Shown here: piece by piece, positions 28,006 to 40,746 of the stretch
How the letters are laid out: each line of letters opens with the position of its first letter
Position numbering within the stretch: position 1 is the first letter of the stretch
Made by a program: the position numbers and the translations under genes
Notes under the pieces: generated by a model
Told to the model about the DNA's origin: nothing
The model's input: the letters and a program-made list of their open reading frames with translations, nothing else
Databases searched by the model: none
Source: Eledone cirrhosa
Lineage: Eukaryota
Direction of reading: 5' to 3'
Length of the DNA stretch: 64,000 nucleotides
Assembly (NCBI GenBank): GCA_964016885.1
Contig: OZ024759.1
Coordinates: 12,152,001 to 12,216,000, forward strand

Positions 28006-31000
28006 AAATTGCAAGTCTGAAGAACTATTAGATAAGATATATACAATATTTCCTCTCCCATTCTGTATAAATTAACTCACATAAAAAGTAATTTAAACGA
28101 GGCCATAAGCTTCAAATGTAATTATGAAGAAATAATAGACAAATGATACAGACTATCTTCCGCGATGCACAGCCACATGACATTTATTTAATTATTTCTT
28201 TTAGCCCGTAGAAATTGACATGTGTTGGGCACACCAACACATGAAGGAAAGAGAGAAAGAAAGAGGGCTATTAAATACCTTGACCGTCGTCTCACTGAAG
28301 TGTGTGAGGTTTTGTTGTCCAGTTTGAGGTTTAGCTCCAGTTCTTTTATGGTCAGCTGTAGTTTCTGACATTCCAGTCTACAGAGGAAGAATTTGGGTTA
28401 GAAAACCTAATATTTTGTAATGAAACAACAGTTTTGATAATAAAGTAAGGAAACTAATTAACTGAAGAATTCTTCAGAGACTTGGGATTTTTCTTAGGAA
28501 TTTGAAGATATAGTCAACACATACCAATAGTCTGATAACTGAAAGAGTAAAAACTATTTATTCCTAACTAAATGAAGACGGTGCCCCAGCACGGCCCCAG
28601 TCTGATGACTGAAAGAATAAAAACTATTTATTCCTAACTAAATGACAGCAGTGCCACAGCATGGCCACAGTCTGATGACTGAAAGAGTAAAAACTATTTA
28701 TTCCTAACTAAATGAAGACGGTGCCCCAGCACGGCCACAGTCTGATGACTGAAAGAGTAAAAATTATTTATTCCTAACTAAATGACAGCAGTGCACAGCA
28801 TGGCCACAGTCTGATGACTGAAAGAGTAAAAACTATTTATTCCTAACTAAATGAAGGCAGTGCCCCAGCAAGGCCACAGTCTGATGACTGAAACCAGTAA
28901 AAGAGTAAAACAGTTTCTATTCCTTACTCCAATTCTTCAGCTTTCTTCTTGAATTGATTCTTCTCACTCTTCATATTCTTCTTCTGTTCTTTGAGACTTT
29001 GTAATTCTTCCAGTAAATGTGTTTCTTGTTTGTCAAGTTGTTCCAGTTGTTCCATTATAGTTCCTTGGACTGGAACTTTACCTGAGGAAAAAAGAAAGAA
29101 GAGGGGAAAATTGTCATACATGCCATTTCCTGACTTTTGTACATTAAAGTATCTTTCATTAGAAATATGATAATGAAAGGGTTAATGACATAGTGTCTTT
29201 CATTAGAAATATGGTAATGAAAGGGTTAAAGACATAGACTGTATCTTTCATTAGAAATATGGTAATGAAAGGGTTAAAGACATAGACAGTGTCTTTCATT
29301 AGAAATATGGTAATGAAAGGGTTAATGACATAAACAGTATCTTTCATTAGAAATATGGTAATGGAAGGGTTAATGACATAGACAGTGTCTTTCATTAGAA
29401 ATATGGTAATGGAAGGGTTAATGACTGTCTTTCATTAGAAATATGGTAATGAAAGGGTTAAAGACATAGACAGTGTCTTTCATTAGAAATATGGTAATGA
29501 AAGGGTTAATGACATAGACAGTGTCTTTCATTAGAAATATGGTAATGAAAGGGTTAATGACCTAGACAGTGTCTTTCATTAGATATATGGTAATGAAAGG
29601 GTTAATGACATAGACAGTGTCTTTCATTAGAAATATGGTAATGAAAGGGTTAATGACATAGACAGTGTCTTTCATTAGAAATATGGTAATGAAAGGGTTA
29701 ATGACATAGACAGTGTCTTTCATTAGAAATATGGGAAGGGAAGGATTAAAAAAGAACAGCTTGGTATTATAGAACCTGGAGTGGTTTTGGGTGCTTTGTT
29801 ATCAGAAGTGTTAAGGTAGATTATAAAGCTAGGGCAAATTAAATCTAATCAGATCTTATGGACAGAAAATATCTCAAGAAACTCACCTGGAACATTACTT
29901 CGGGGTTTATTTAAGAGATAGTCTTCAAATTCTATCTTCTCTTTTTCAAGATCTTTAATAATCTGTAACATCAAATATATATATACTGCATGATATAATG
30001 GGATATATATATATTATATAATATTACTAGCTGGCTCCATGCTATAAAAAATGACAGCTAGTTGTAATCTATATGTAATGTATCCGACCCCTACAAGCAG
30101 GGAAAAGTGGACGTGTGATGATGATGAATATATAAAAAGAGATGTTTGTTGGTTGGTTGGTTCCTTCGTGCTCACTCACACAAGTGATATAAACATACAG
30201 CTGAGAAGAATCTTAGAACGCTGGACTTCTATAGTTTCTCACCACCCTCCTTCCTCAGTCATCACATAGATGTGTGTATTAGACCCCTATTCCTTCCTCA
30301 GTCGACATAATCACCCCTTCTTTCCTCAGTCGACGTAACCACCCCTTCCTTCCTCAGTCGACATAATCACCCCTCCTTCCTCAGTCGACATAATCACCCC
30401 TTCCTTCCTCAGTCGACATAATCACCCCTTCTTTCCTCAGTCGACATAATCACCCCTTCTTTCCTCAGTCGACATAATCACCCCTTCTTTCCTCAGTCGA
30501 CATAATCACCCCTTCCTTCTTCAGTCGACATAATCACCCCTTCTTTCCTCAGTCGACATAATCACCCCTTCTTTCCTCAGTCGACATAATCACCCCTTCT
30601 TTCCTCAGTCGACATAATCACCCCTTCTTTCCTCAGTCGACGTAATCACCCCTTCCTTCCTCAGTCGACATAATCACCCCTTCCTTCTTCAGTCGACGTA
30701 ATCACCCCTTCCTTCCTCAGTCTACTGAATCACCCCTTCCTTCCTCAGTCGACGTAATCACCCCTTCCTTCCTCAGTCGACGTAATCACCCCTTCCTTCT
30801 TCAGTTGACGTAATCACCCCTTCCTTCCTCAGTCGACATAATCACCCCTTCCTTCTTCAGTCGACATAATCACCCCTTCCTTCTTCAGTTGACGTAATCA
30901 CCCCTTCCTTCCTCAGTCAACGTAATCACCCCTTCCTTCCTCAGTCAACATAATCACCCCTTCCTTCTTCAGTCGACGTAATCACCCCTTCCTTCCTCAG

Positions 31001-34000
31001 TCAACGTAATCACCCCTTCCTTCCTCAGTCTACTGAATCACCCCTTCCTTCCTCAGTCGACGTCATCACCCCTTCCTTCCTCAGTCGACGTAATCACCCC
31101 TTCCTTCCTCAGTTGACGTAATCACTCCTTCCTTCTTCAGTCGACATAATCACCCCTTCCTTCCTCAGTCGACATAATCACCCCTTCCTTCCTCAGTCGA
31201 CGTAATCACCCCTTCCTTCCTCAGTCGACGTAATCACCCCTTCCGTCCTCAGTCAACGTAACCACCCCTTGTGTGATGTGATGTGATGTGATGTGATGTG
31301 ATATGAGTTAGATGAAAGCTGAATATAAACAGAAAAAGAGAAACAGTAACATACTTTCTTTTGTTGAGCAATGAGGGAGAGGAGTTCATGTTGGTTCATA
31401 TCTTCCAAATCTTCTGGAATGGTAAATGGTAAGATTTAAGTTCAACCCTTTACCATTTACATTACTCTATATATACTATTGTATTTTCACAGTAAAGGCT
31501 TTACCTCACATATCATTTACATTACTCTATATATACTATTGTATTGTCACAGTAAAGGCTTTACCTCACATAATATCTCACATAACATTTACATTACTCT
31601 ATATATACTATTGTATTGTCACAGTAAAGGCTTTACCTCACATAATATCTCACATAACATTTACATTACTCTATATATACTATTGTATTTTCACAGTAAA
31701 GGCTTTACCTCACATAATATCTCACATAACATTTACATTACTCTATATATACTATTGTATTGTCACAGTAAAGGCTTTACCTCACATAATATCTCACATA
31801 ACATTTACATTACTCTCTATATACTATTGTATTGTCACAGTAAAGGCTTTACCTCACATAATATCTCACATAACATTTACATTACTCTATATATACTATT
31901 GTATTGTCACAGTAAAGGCTTTACCTCACATAATATCTCACATAACATTTACATTACTCTATATATACTATTGTATTGTCACAGTAAAGGCTTTACCTCA
32001 CATAATATCTCACATAACATTTACATTACTCTATATATACTATTGTATTTTCACAGTAAAGGCTTTACCTCACATAATATCTCACATAACATTTACATTA
32101 CTCTATATATACTATTGTATTTTCACAGTAAAGGTTTTACCTCACATAATATCTCACATAACATTTACATTACTCTATATATACTATTGTATTGTTACAG
32201 TAAAGCTTTACCTCACATAATATCTCACATAACATTTACATTACTCTATATATACTATTGTATTTTCACAGTAAAGGCTTTATCTCACATAATATCTCGC
32301 ATAACATTTACATTACTCTATATATACTATTGTATTGTCACAGTAAAGACTTTACCTCACATAATATCTCACATAACATTTACATTACTCTATATATACT
32401 ATTATATTTTCATGGTAAAGACTTTATCTTACACTAGCAGTGTATCCCGGCGTTGCACGGGTAAGAACATTGGTAATAGCACCTCCAATGAGAAACGTTT
32501 ATTTGTGAGTGCCTGTTAAAAACTCACGAACTGGACATCATCACCGACATCCAGAGTTGACACTGCACTCAGTGCTCCTGTGGGAGCCCCTGCATGGACT
32601 CACTGGAAGAGGAAGTCCGAAGTTAACATATGTTGATGGCCTAAGGACAGACACTGGTCTGTTGGAGACGCAGGACATGGCAGCGATAATGAAGGACAGA
32701 GACCGCTGAAGAGAACTCGTCCATGGATCATGGGAATTTTACCCGCCCTAGAAAGATATATTTTTATGTGTATATTTATATATATGTATATGTGTATATA
32801 TATATATATATGTGTATGTGTTTGTATATGTATGTATATCTATACATACATATAAAAGTGAAATTGTCTGTGTGTGTATGTTCTCATTTTTGCACCGTCA
32901 AGGAAGCACCAGAGATGTCGCAGCCTCAGCGCGTGTTTGCGTATCATCAGCCACGGCATGCCCAGCCCTCCACGCAACGGGTGTTGACAGCAGATGGATC
33001 CTCTGACCATGAGAGCACGTCCCTTCCAGAAAAAGCGGAAGCAGAGGTGGTCAATTTTCGTCAGAGTTGGGCTGGGGCAAGGCACAACGGTTAGACGGTA
33101 GCAGATGACAGATGCGATGAACGCATTTGCCACCTCCGTCCGACCTTTCAGGGACAGCTTCCTCTCGCCCCATTTCTGGGTGAGAGAGGCCACCCTGTTT
33201 GTCATCTCGCTCCAGTTTTTCTCCATCTGGAGGTCCAGACCAAACCAGACCCCAAACAATTTAACCGGTCCTTCCGTCCAGCGCCCCACGATGCTGTCAG
33301 GCGGCATGGACTTGCCTCTCCAGGTGCCGAGCTGCAAGCCCACCAACTTTTCCTGGTTTAACTTTGCTTCTGTCACTGCTTCATTTTCCTTGAGAGCGGT
33401 GCCGAGCATCTGGACATGTCTGGCGCTTGACCGGGCCCGATCTGATTATGCGCCTGTAGACTGAGGAGTGGAAAACTGAGAGAGGGCACTTGCCCTGGTG
33501 GTCAGAGTGGCCGTGGTCTTTTGTGTGGTTTTCGGGACGAGTGACCCTTGAAAGTTTCCGCCCTATTGCGGAATTTTTGAATTTTCTGATATTTCTATCT
33601 TCTTGTCATAACCTTTTTTAGACGGCCAAAACCCACACTGGAGAGAACTCGTCCATGGATCTCGGGAATTTTACCCGCTCTAGATAGATAGATAGATAGA
33701 TTTTTATGTGTATATTTATATATAAGTATATGTGTATATGTATGTATTTTGTTGTGGCACCAACACTACAACTTTACAGGGTGGACTGGATGTTTTTTGT
33801 CGTATCACCAACACTACAACTTTACAGAGAGGATTGGGTGCAGTTTGTTGTGGCACCAACACTACAACATTACAGAGTGGACTGGGTGCATTAATAAAAT
33901 ACTTACTATCTGCTTCAGAGTTAGTCATATTCTGGCTAACACTTTCAACAGTTTTATTCTTGCTTGTATTTTGAAAAACCTTGGTAGCGCTTGGGGTTTC

Positions 34001-37000
34001 AAGATCCTTGATATGGCTTCTGTGTTCAAGGAACTTGATCTGATTTGTGATTTCAAAGGGCTTGTTGTTATCACTAGAGTTTTTGAGAACTTTATTTTGA
34101 CTTGTGTTTTCAAGGGATTCAACTAAATCTTCTTTCAAAGACTGATTTTCATTGCGAAGATGTTCCAAAGATTGGTTTAAACGCAAGATTGTCTCAGTGA
34201 GGACCTTCATCTTGGGGTTGTTGCTGCCGCTCTCTTTAACAGGCCTGAAATATAAGGAATTTTAGAGAGTATAGGGCACACAACTGTTGTTGTTGTTGAT
34301 ACTACACAGCTTTGTACAGCAACAGCGATGTGGTGGTGGTGGTGGTGATGTTGGTAGTGGTGGTGGTGGTAGTGGTGTTGTTGTTGTTGTTGGTGGTGGT
34401 GGGAGTGGTGTTGTTGTTGTTGGTGGTGGTTGTGGTGGGAGTGGTGGTGTTGTTGTTGGTGGTGGTGGTGGTGGGAGTGGTGTTGTTGTTGTTGGTGGGA
34501 GTGGTGTTGTTGTTGTTGTTGGTGGTGGTATTATTGTTGTTGTTGTTGGTGGTAGTGGTGTTGTTGTTGTTGTTAGTGGTGGTAGTGGAAGAGGAGAAGT
34601 AGAAGACAAAGAAGCAAATGAAAATGCAACAAAGATGTGTTTGTGTGTGTGTGGGGTGGGGGGTGGGGGGTCAAAGATTAATAATAAAAAAAAACCCAAA
34701 AAACCCTGCAGACCCCCCCCCCCCCCACTGCCATTATATTTAGGTGGTGTTTTTTGTTTTAATTTTTGTTTCTTACTTGTGTTCAGTGTTGCAGTTCTGC
34801 AGTCGTAGAATTTCCTGGTAGAGTGTCTCCACCTGGATATGAAACTCTTCAATTTTGGTGGTTTTTAAGTCACTCTTTAGTTTCCTGGAACAAAGGAGGA
34901 GAAGAAGTAATATATATTTATATAGTGTGAATGTATATATACAACAATGATAGTTAGAAAATGTTAGAAACCATTCTCCTCCTTACATGTAGGCGTGATC
35001 TTTAGATTTCAGTTGTGCCTCAAGTTTCATAATTCTTTGTTTGAGATTGGAGACTACCTGTCATATATAAAGGGAAGAATTAAAGTTGGGATTGTTGTGT
35101 GTATGTGTATGTGTGTTTGTATGCAGTGTGTGTATGCATTTGTATGTACATGTATGTGTGTATGTGTGTGTATTCTAAATTATTAAAATATTCTCAAGAT
35201 CTCCGGTCCTACTTACCACAAAGGAGTCTGGCCGTCGGTCAGTCAAAGTTCTCCGAAAATCTTCATTCTATCAAAAAATGGAGAAATTAAATTCATATTT
35301 TCTTTAAATCCTTGAATCATACAACAACAACACATCATCATCATCATCGTTTTAACATCTGCTTTCCTTTCTGACAAGAGTTGGATGGGTCTACATAGAT
35401 CAAGTCAGTGCTGAAACGGGGCAACTGACCTCCCAGACAGGCTGGGGGTAGGGGCCTGCTTCTCGTTTACATATGGTCTTATGTTCTACCAAGTGCACCA
35501 GCACAGGAGAAATCGTCATGTCTTTGATACAACTGAAGGGTCCTCCCAACCCTTTGTTTGGCAGGCTTTCTATGGCTAGATGCCCTTCCTGTCACGATAA
35601 ATTTTTATCACCCCCCTCCCCCATCTCGGGCACAGCTGTGTGGTTAAGAAACAAGCCTCATTCCAATCATTTATAGAGTGTACTGAATATATTTCATTGT
35701 GACACCAGTACTTCCACTTCACAGAGGGTACTGGGTGTTTTATATTGTGGCACCACCACTACCACTTTACAGAGTGTACTGGGTGCTTTATATCCGGCAT
35801 GTCAAACTGTGGGTCTCATATGTGTTGTCTGAGGGCCTCACATGACAACTAATTGCGCACATTACAGCTAATATTTTTTATTTTATATTACGCTCTCGCT
35901 GCAAAAACCTTAGTGTGGGCCACAGGTGTGCTTCTAAAGGGCCGCATGTTCAACATGTCTGCTTTGTGACACCAGCACTACCACTTTACAGAGTGTACTG
36001 GGTGCTTTACACTGTGGCACCAGCACTACTACTTTACAGAGTGTACTGGCTGCTTTATACTGTAGCACCAGCACTACCACTTTACAGAGTGTACTGGGTG
36101 CTTTACACTGTGACACCAGCACTACCACTTTACAGAGTGTACTGGGTGCTTTACACTGTGACACCAGCACTACCACTTTACAGAGTGTACTGGCTGCTTT
36201 ATACTGTAGCACCAGCACTACTACTTTACAGAGTGTACTGGGTGCTTTATACTGTAGCACCAGCACTACCACTTTACAGAGTGTACTGGCTGCTTTATAC
36301 TGTAGCACCAGCACTACCACTTTACAGAGTGTACTGGGTGCTTTACACTGTGACACCAGCACTACCACTTTACAGAGTGTACTGGGTGCTTTACACTGTG
36401 GCACCAGCACTACTACTTTACAGAGTGTACTGGCTGCTTTATACTGTAGCACCAGCACTACCACTTTACAGAGTGTACTGGGTGCTTTACACTGTGACAC
36501 CAGCACTACCACTTTACAGAGTGTACTGGGTGCTTTACACTGTGACACCAGCACTACCACTTTACAGAGTGTACTGGCTGCTTTATACTGTAGCACCAGC
36601 ACTACCACTTTACAGAGTGTACTGGGTGCTTTACACTGTGACACCAGCACTACCACTTTACAGAGTGTACTGGGTGTTTTACAATGTGGCAACAGCACTA
36701 CCACTATACAGAGTGTACTGGGTGCTTTACACTGTGACACCAGCACTACTACTTTACAGAGTGTACTGGCTGCTTTATACTGTAGCACCAGCACTACCAC
36801 TTTACAGAGTGTACTGGGTGCTTTACACTATGACACCAACACTACCACTATACAGAGTGTACTGGGTGCTTTACAATGTGGCACCAGCACTACCACTTTA
36901 CAGAGTGTACTGGGTGCTTTATACTGTAGCACCAGCACTACCACTTTACAGAGTGTACTGGGTGCTTTACACTGTGGCAACAACACTACCACTTTACAGA

Positions 37001-40000
37001 GAGTACTGGGTGCTTTACAATGTGGCACCAGCACTACCACTATACAGAGTGTACTGGGTGTATTTAACACGTTTTTCATAAGTTATATCTACTCACCTTC
37101 CCAGGATCAAGGAGTCCCGTGATTTCTTTCTCCTGAAATAAATTTAGGACAAAGATTAGATTTTGCTTTGTGTCTACAGTATTACACCACACCACGCCAT
37201 ACCACACCACACTACGCCACACCGCACTACACTACATCACACTACTCCACACTGCACTATACCACACTACACTACACCACACCATACTACACTATACCAC
37301 ACTACACAACACTACACCACACCACACCACACCACACCACACTACACCATACTATACCACACCACACTACGCCATACCACACTACACTACACTACACCAC
37401 ATCATACCACACTACACTATACCACACTACACAACACTACACTACACCACACTGCACTACACTACACCACACCATACAACACTACACTACACCACACCAC
37501 ACCGCACCGCACCACACCACACTACACCATACCATATCACACCACACCACACCATACCACACCACACCACACCACACCACACTACACTACACCACATCAT
37601 ACCACACTACACTACACTACACCACACCATACTACACTACACCACACCATACCATACCACACTACACTATACCACACTACACAACACTACACTACACCGC
37701 ACCACACTACACTACACCACACCATACCACACTACACCATACCACACTACACAACACTACACCGCACCACACTACACCATACCACACCACACCATACCAC
37801 ACTACACTACACCACATCATACCACACTACACTACACCACATCATACCACACTACACTATACCACACTACACAACACTACACTACACCACACCACACCAC
37901 ACCATACCACACTACACTACACCACACCATACCACACTACACAACACTACACTACACCACACTGCATCACACCATACCACACCACACCATACCACACTAC
38001 ACTATACCACACTACACAACACTACACCACACCATACTATACCACACTACACCACACCATACCATACCACACTACACCACACCATACAACACTACACCAC
38101 ACCATACCATACCATATCACACCACACTACACCACACTACACCATACCATGCCACACCACACCATACCAAACCATACCACACTACACCACACCACACCAT
38201 ACCTCACTACACCACACCACACCACACCATACCACACCACACCACACCACACCATACCTCACTACACCACACCACACTACACCACACCATACCACACTAC
38301 ACCACACCATACCACACCACACCACACTACATCACACAACACCATACCACACCACACGACACCACACCATACCATACCACACTACACCATACCATACCAC
38401 ACTACACCACACCATACCATACAATACCACACCACACCATACCACACTACACTACACTACACTACACTACACCATACCACACCACACCATACCATAGCAC
38501 ACTACACCACACCATACCATACCACACTACATCACACCACACCACACTACACCATACCATATCACGCCACACTACACCACACCACACTACACCACACCAC
38601 ACTACACCATACCATATCACACCACACCACACCATACCACACTACATCACACAATACCATACCACACTACACCACACCACAACACACTATACCACACCAC
38701 ACCATACCACACCACACCATAACATATCACACCACACTACACCACACCACACACACCACACCACACTACACCACACCATATCACACCACACTACACCATA
38801 CCATATCACGCCACACTACACCACACCACACCACACCATACCACACTACATCACACAATACCATACCACACTACACCACACCACAACACACCACACCATA
38901 CCACACCACACCATAACATATCACACCACACTACACCACACCACACACACCACACCACACCATATCACACCACACTACACCACACCACACCACACTACAC
39001 CACAACCACCATTACACCACCAGTTCCCCCACCTCACCACTGCCACCATTACACTACAACCGCCCCACCACTACATTACCACCATTACACCACCCACCAC
39101 CACAAGTTCACCCACCCCACCACTGCCACCATTACACTACAACCACCACCCCCACCACTACACCACCGCCCCCACCACCACTAGTCACATGTTGCATACA
39201 TTTGATTGTGGAAATGAAACAATGGTCATGTTATTGTGATACGTGAGAGGAGACATTAAAAGAAATTACAAGACTTTGTCATAACTAATTAAATAATGTG
39301 GACTAATGCTGACCCTGGCGTGAGGTACCGGGATGGTGCTACCATTAACCTCTTTAACCCATTACCATTTACATTACTCTATATATCATCATCATCATTT
39401 TACGTCCGCTTTTCCCTGCATGCAAGGGTGGGACGGGAACTGATTCTGGCTTGATTTCTACAGCTGGATGCCCTTCCTAACACCAACCTCATTTACAGTG
39501 GGTGCTGGGTACTTTTTTGCCGTGGCACCTCCATGACCACTTTGCAGTGGAATGATAGGGACCCCAGTCCCTATCATCTCATTTCTACAGCTGAGTAAAC
39601 TGGAGCAATGTGAAATAAAGTGTCTTGCTCAAGGAAACAACACATCACCCGGTCTGAGAATTGAACTCACAACCTTTCGATTGCAAGGTCAATGCTCTAA
39701 CCACTAAGTCATGTGCCTCATATATATATATAACGAAGGAAATGTGGTAAGGAACCAGATGGACCATAACGCACCAAAGTACTCAATACTTAGGGTAGTA
39801 GAGTGGGTAATAGGAACGAGTAGGACCCCAACGGCTGAGCTCAAGCCGTTTCGACGGCTAATTCTGGACTAAATGAACATTTTTATCCTGGTACATGAAT
39901 AGCCGAGCTTCTTAGGGGGTAATTCCATATATGGTAAAAGTGATTGTCACAAGGATTGGTCAAAATTTTACGTATTAAATTTTTCATATATATCGTACGA

Positions 40001-40708
40001 GCATTTATGTAGTTTGTATTAGAATTTATGTATCGTAGCGGTACTCTTATATATCGTATTAGTATTCATTTTCGGGACTCTGAATTATTATTTCGTAGTA
40101 GTTTCTTTAGTATTTTTGCCCCCTACTTGTTGACCTGTCACTGTAAGATAGATTTGGACGATTACTACTAACTCATAAAATTCTTTCACTACAATCTCGT
40201 ATTTAGTATTCCATCCCACCTATTAAACTTTTCTATAGTTTAGCAGTACCAGTGAGAGACTTGATGATTGTGGTAAGGGAATAGTAACCAGAAATTGTTT
40301 TTTAAAAATATTTTTAACATTCTTATTATTCTTCTATATATTTACTCCATATTGATTTACTTATTGTTTCGACTTCCTCCCCTTCCCCCTCCCTAATATA
40401 CTTCTCTTGACCTCTTATCCTTAGGATTCTGCTGTAGTTGGCACTATCAATGCACGACTGGGTTTCCTCCACTCCCTCTCCCTCTTTCTTCTACTGGCAA
40501 GTTCAGCTACCCCTTCCTTCCACAAAATGCCATGATAGAATTATGTGTCTCAACAACAAATTTTTGACCAATCCTTGTGACAATCACTTTTACCATATAT
40601 AGAATTACCCCCTGAGAAGCTCGGCTATTCATGTACCAGGATAAAAATTTTCATTCAGTCCTTAGCCGTCGAAACGGCTTGAGCTCAGCCGTCGGGGTCC
40701 TACTCGTT

Positions 40709-40746
<38 letters not shown>

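Noticed and set aside
28020-28260. Penelope ORF remnant (similar to 8390-8530 in reverse)
   Set aside because: The repeat is real but no RT or GIY-YIG motif could be read
28528-28910. Tandem hammerheads (CTGATGA-CT-GAAA in each 70-bp unit)
   Set aside because: Only 2 nt between the cores and no pairing for stems I or III; it looks like an amplified SINE 3' tail
34262-34852. Pro/Gly/Val-rich ORFs
   Set aside because: (GGT/GTT)n microsatellite; the real exon 34777-34884 is in another frame
35795-35962. hAT-like MITE (GGCATGTCAAAC..GTTCAACATGTCTG)
   Set aside because: TIRs are degenerate and the TSD is not convincing; not called as a feature
37163-39239. His/Thr/Pro/Tyr-rich proteins of 444-689 aa
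   Set aside because: Pentamer satellite open in all three frames, antisense within an IQCE intron
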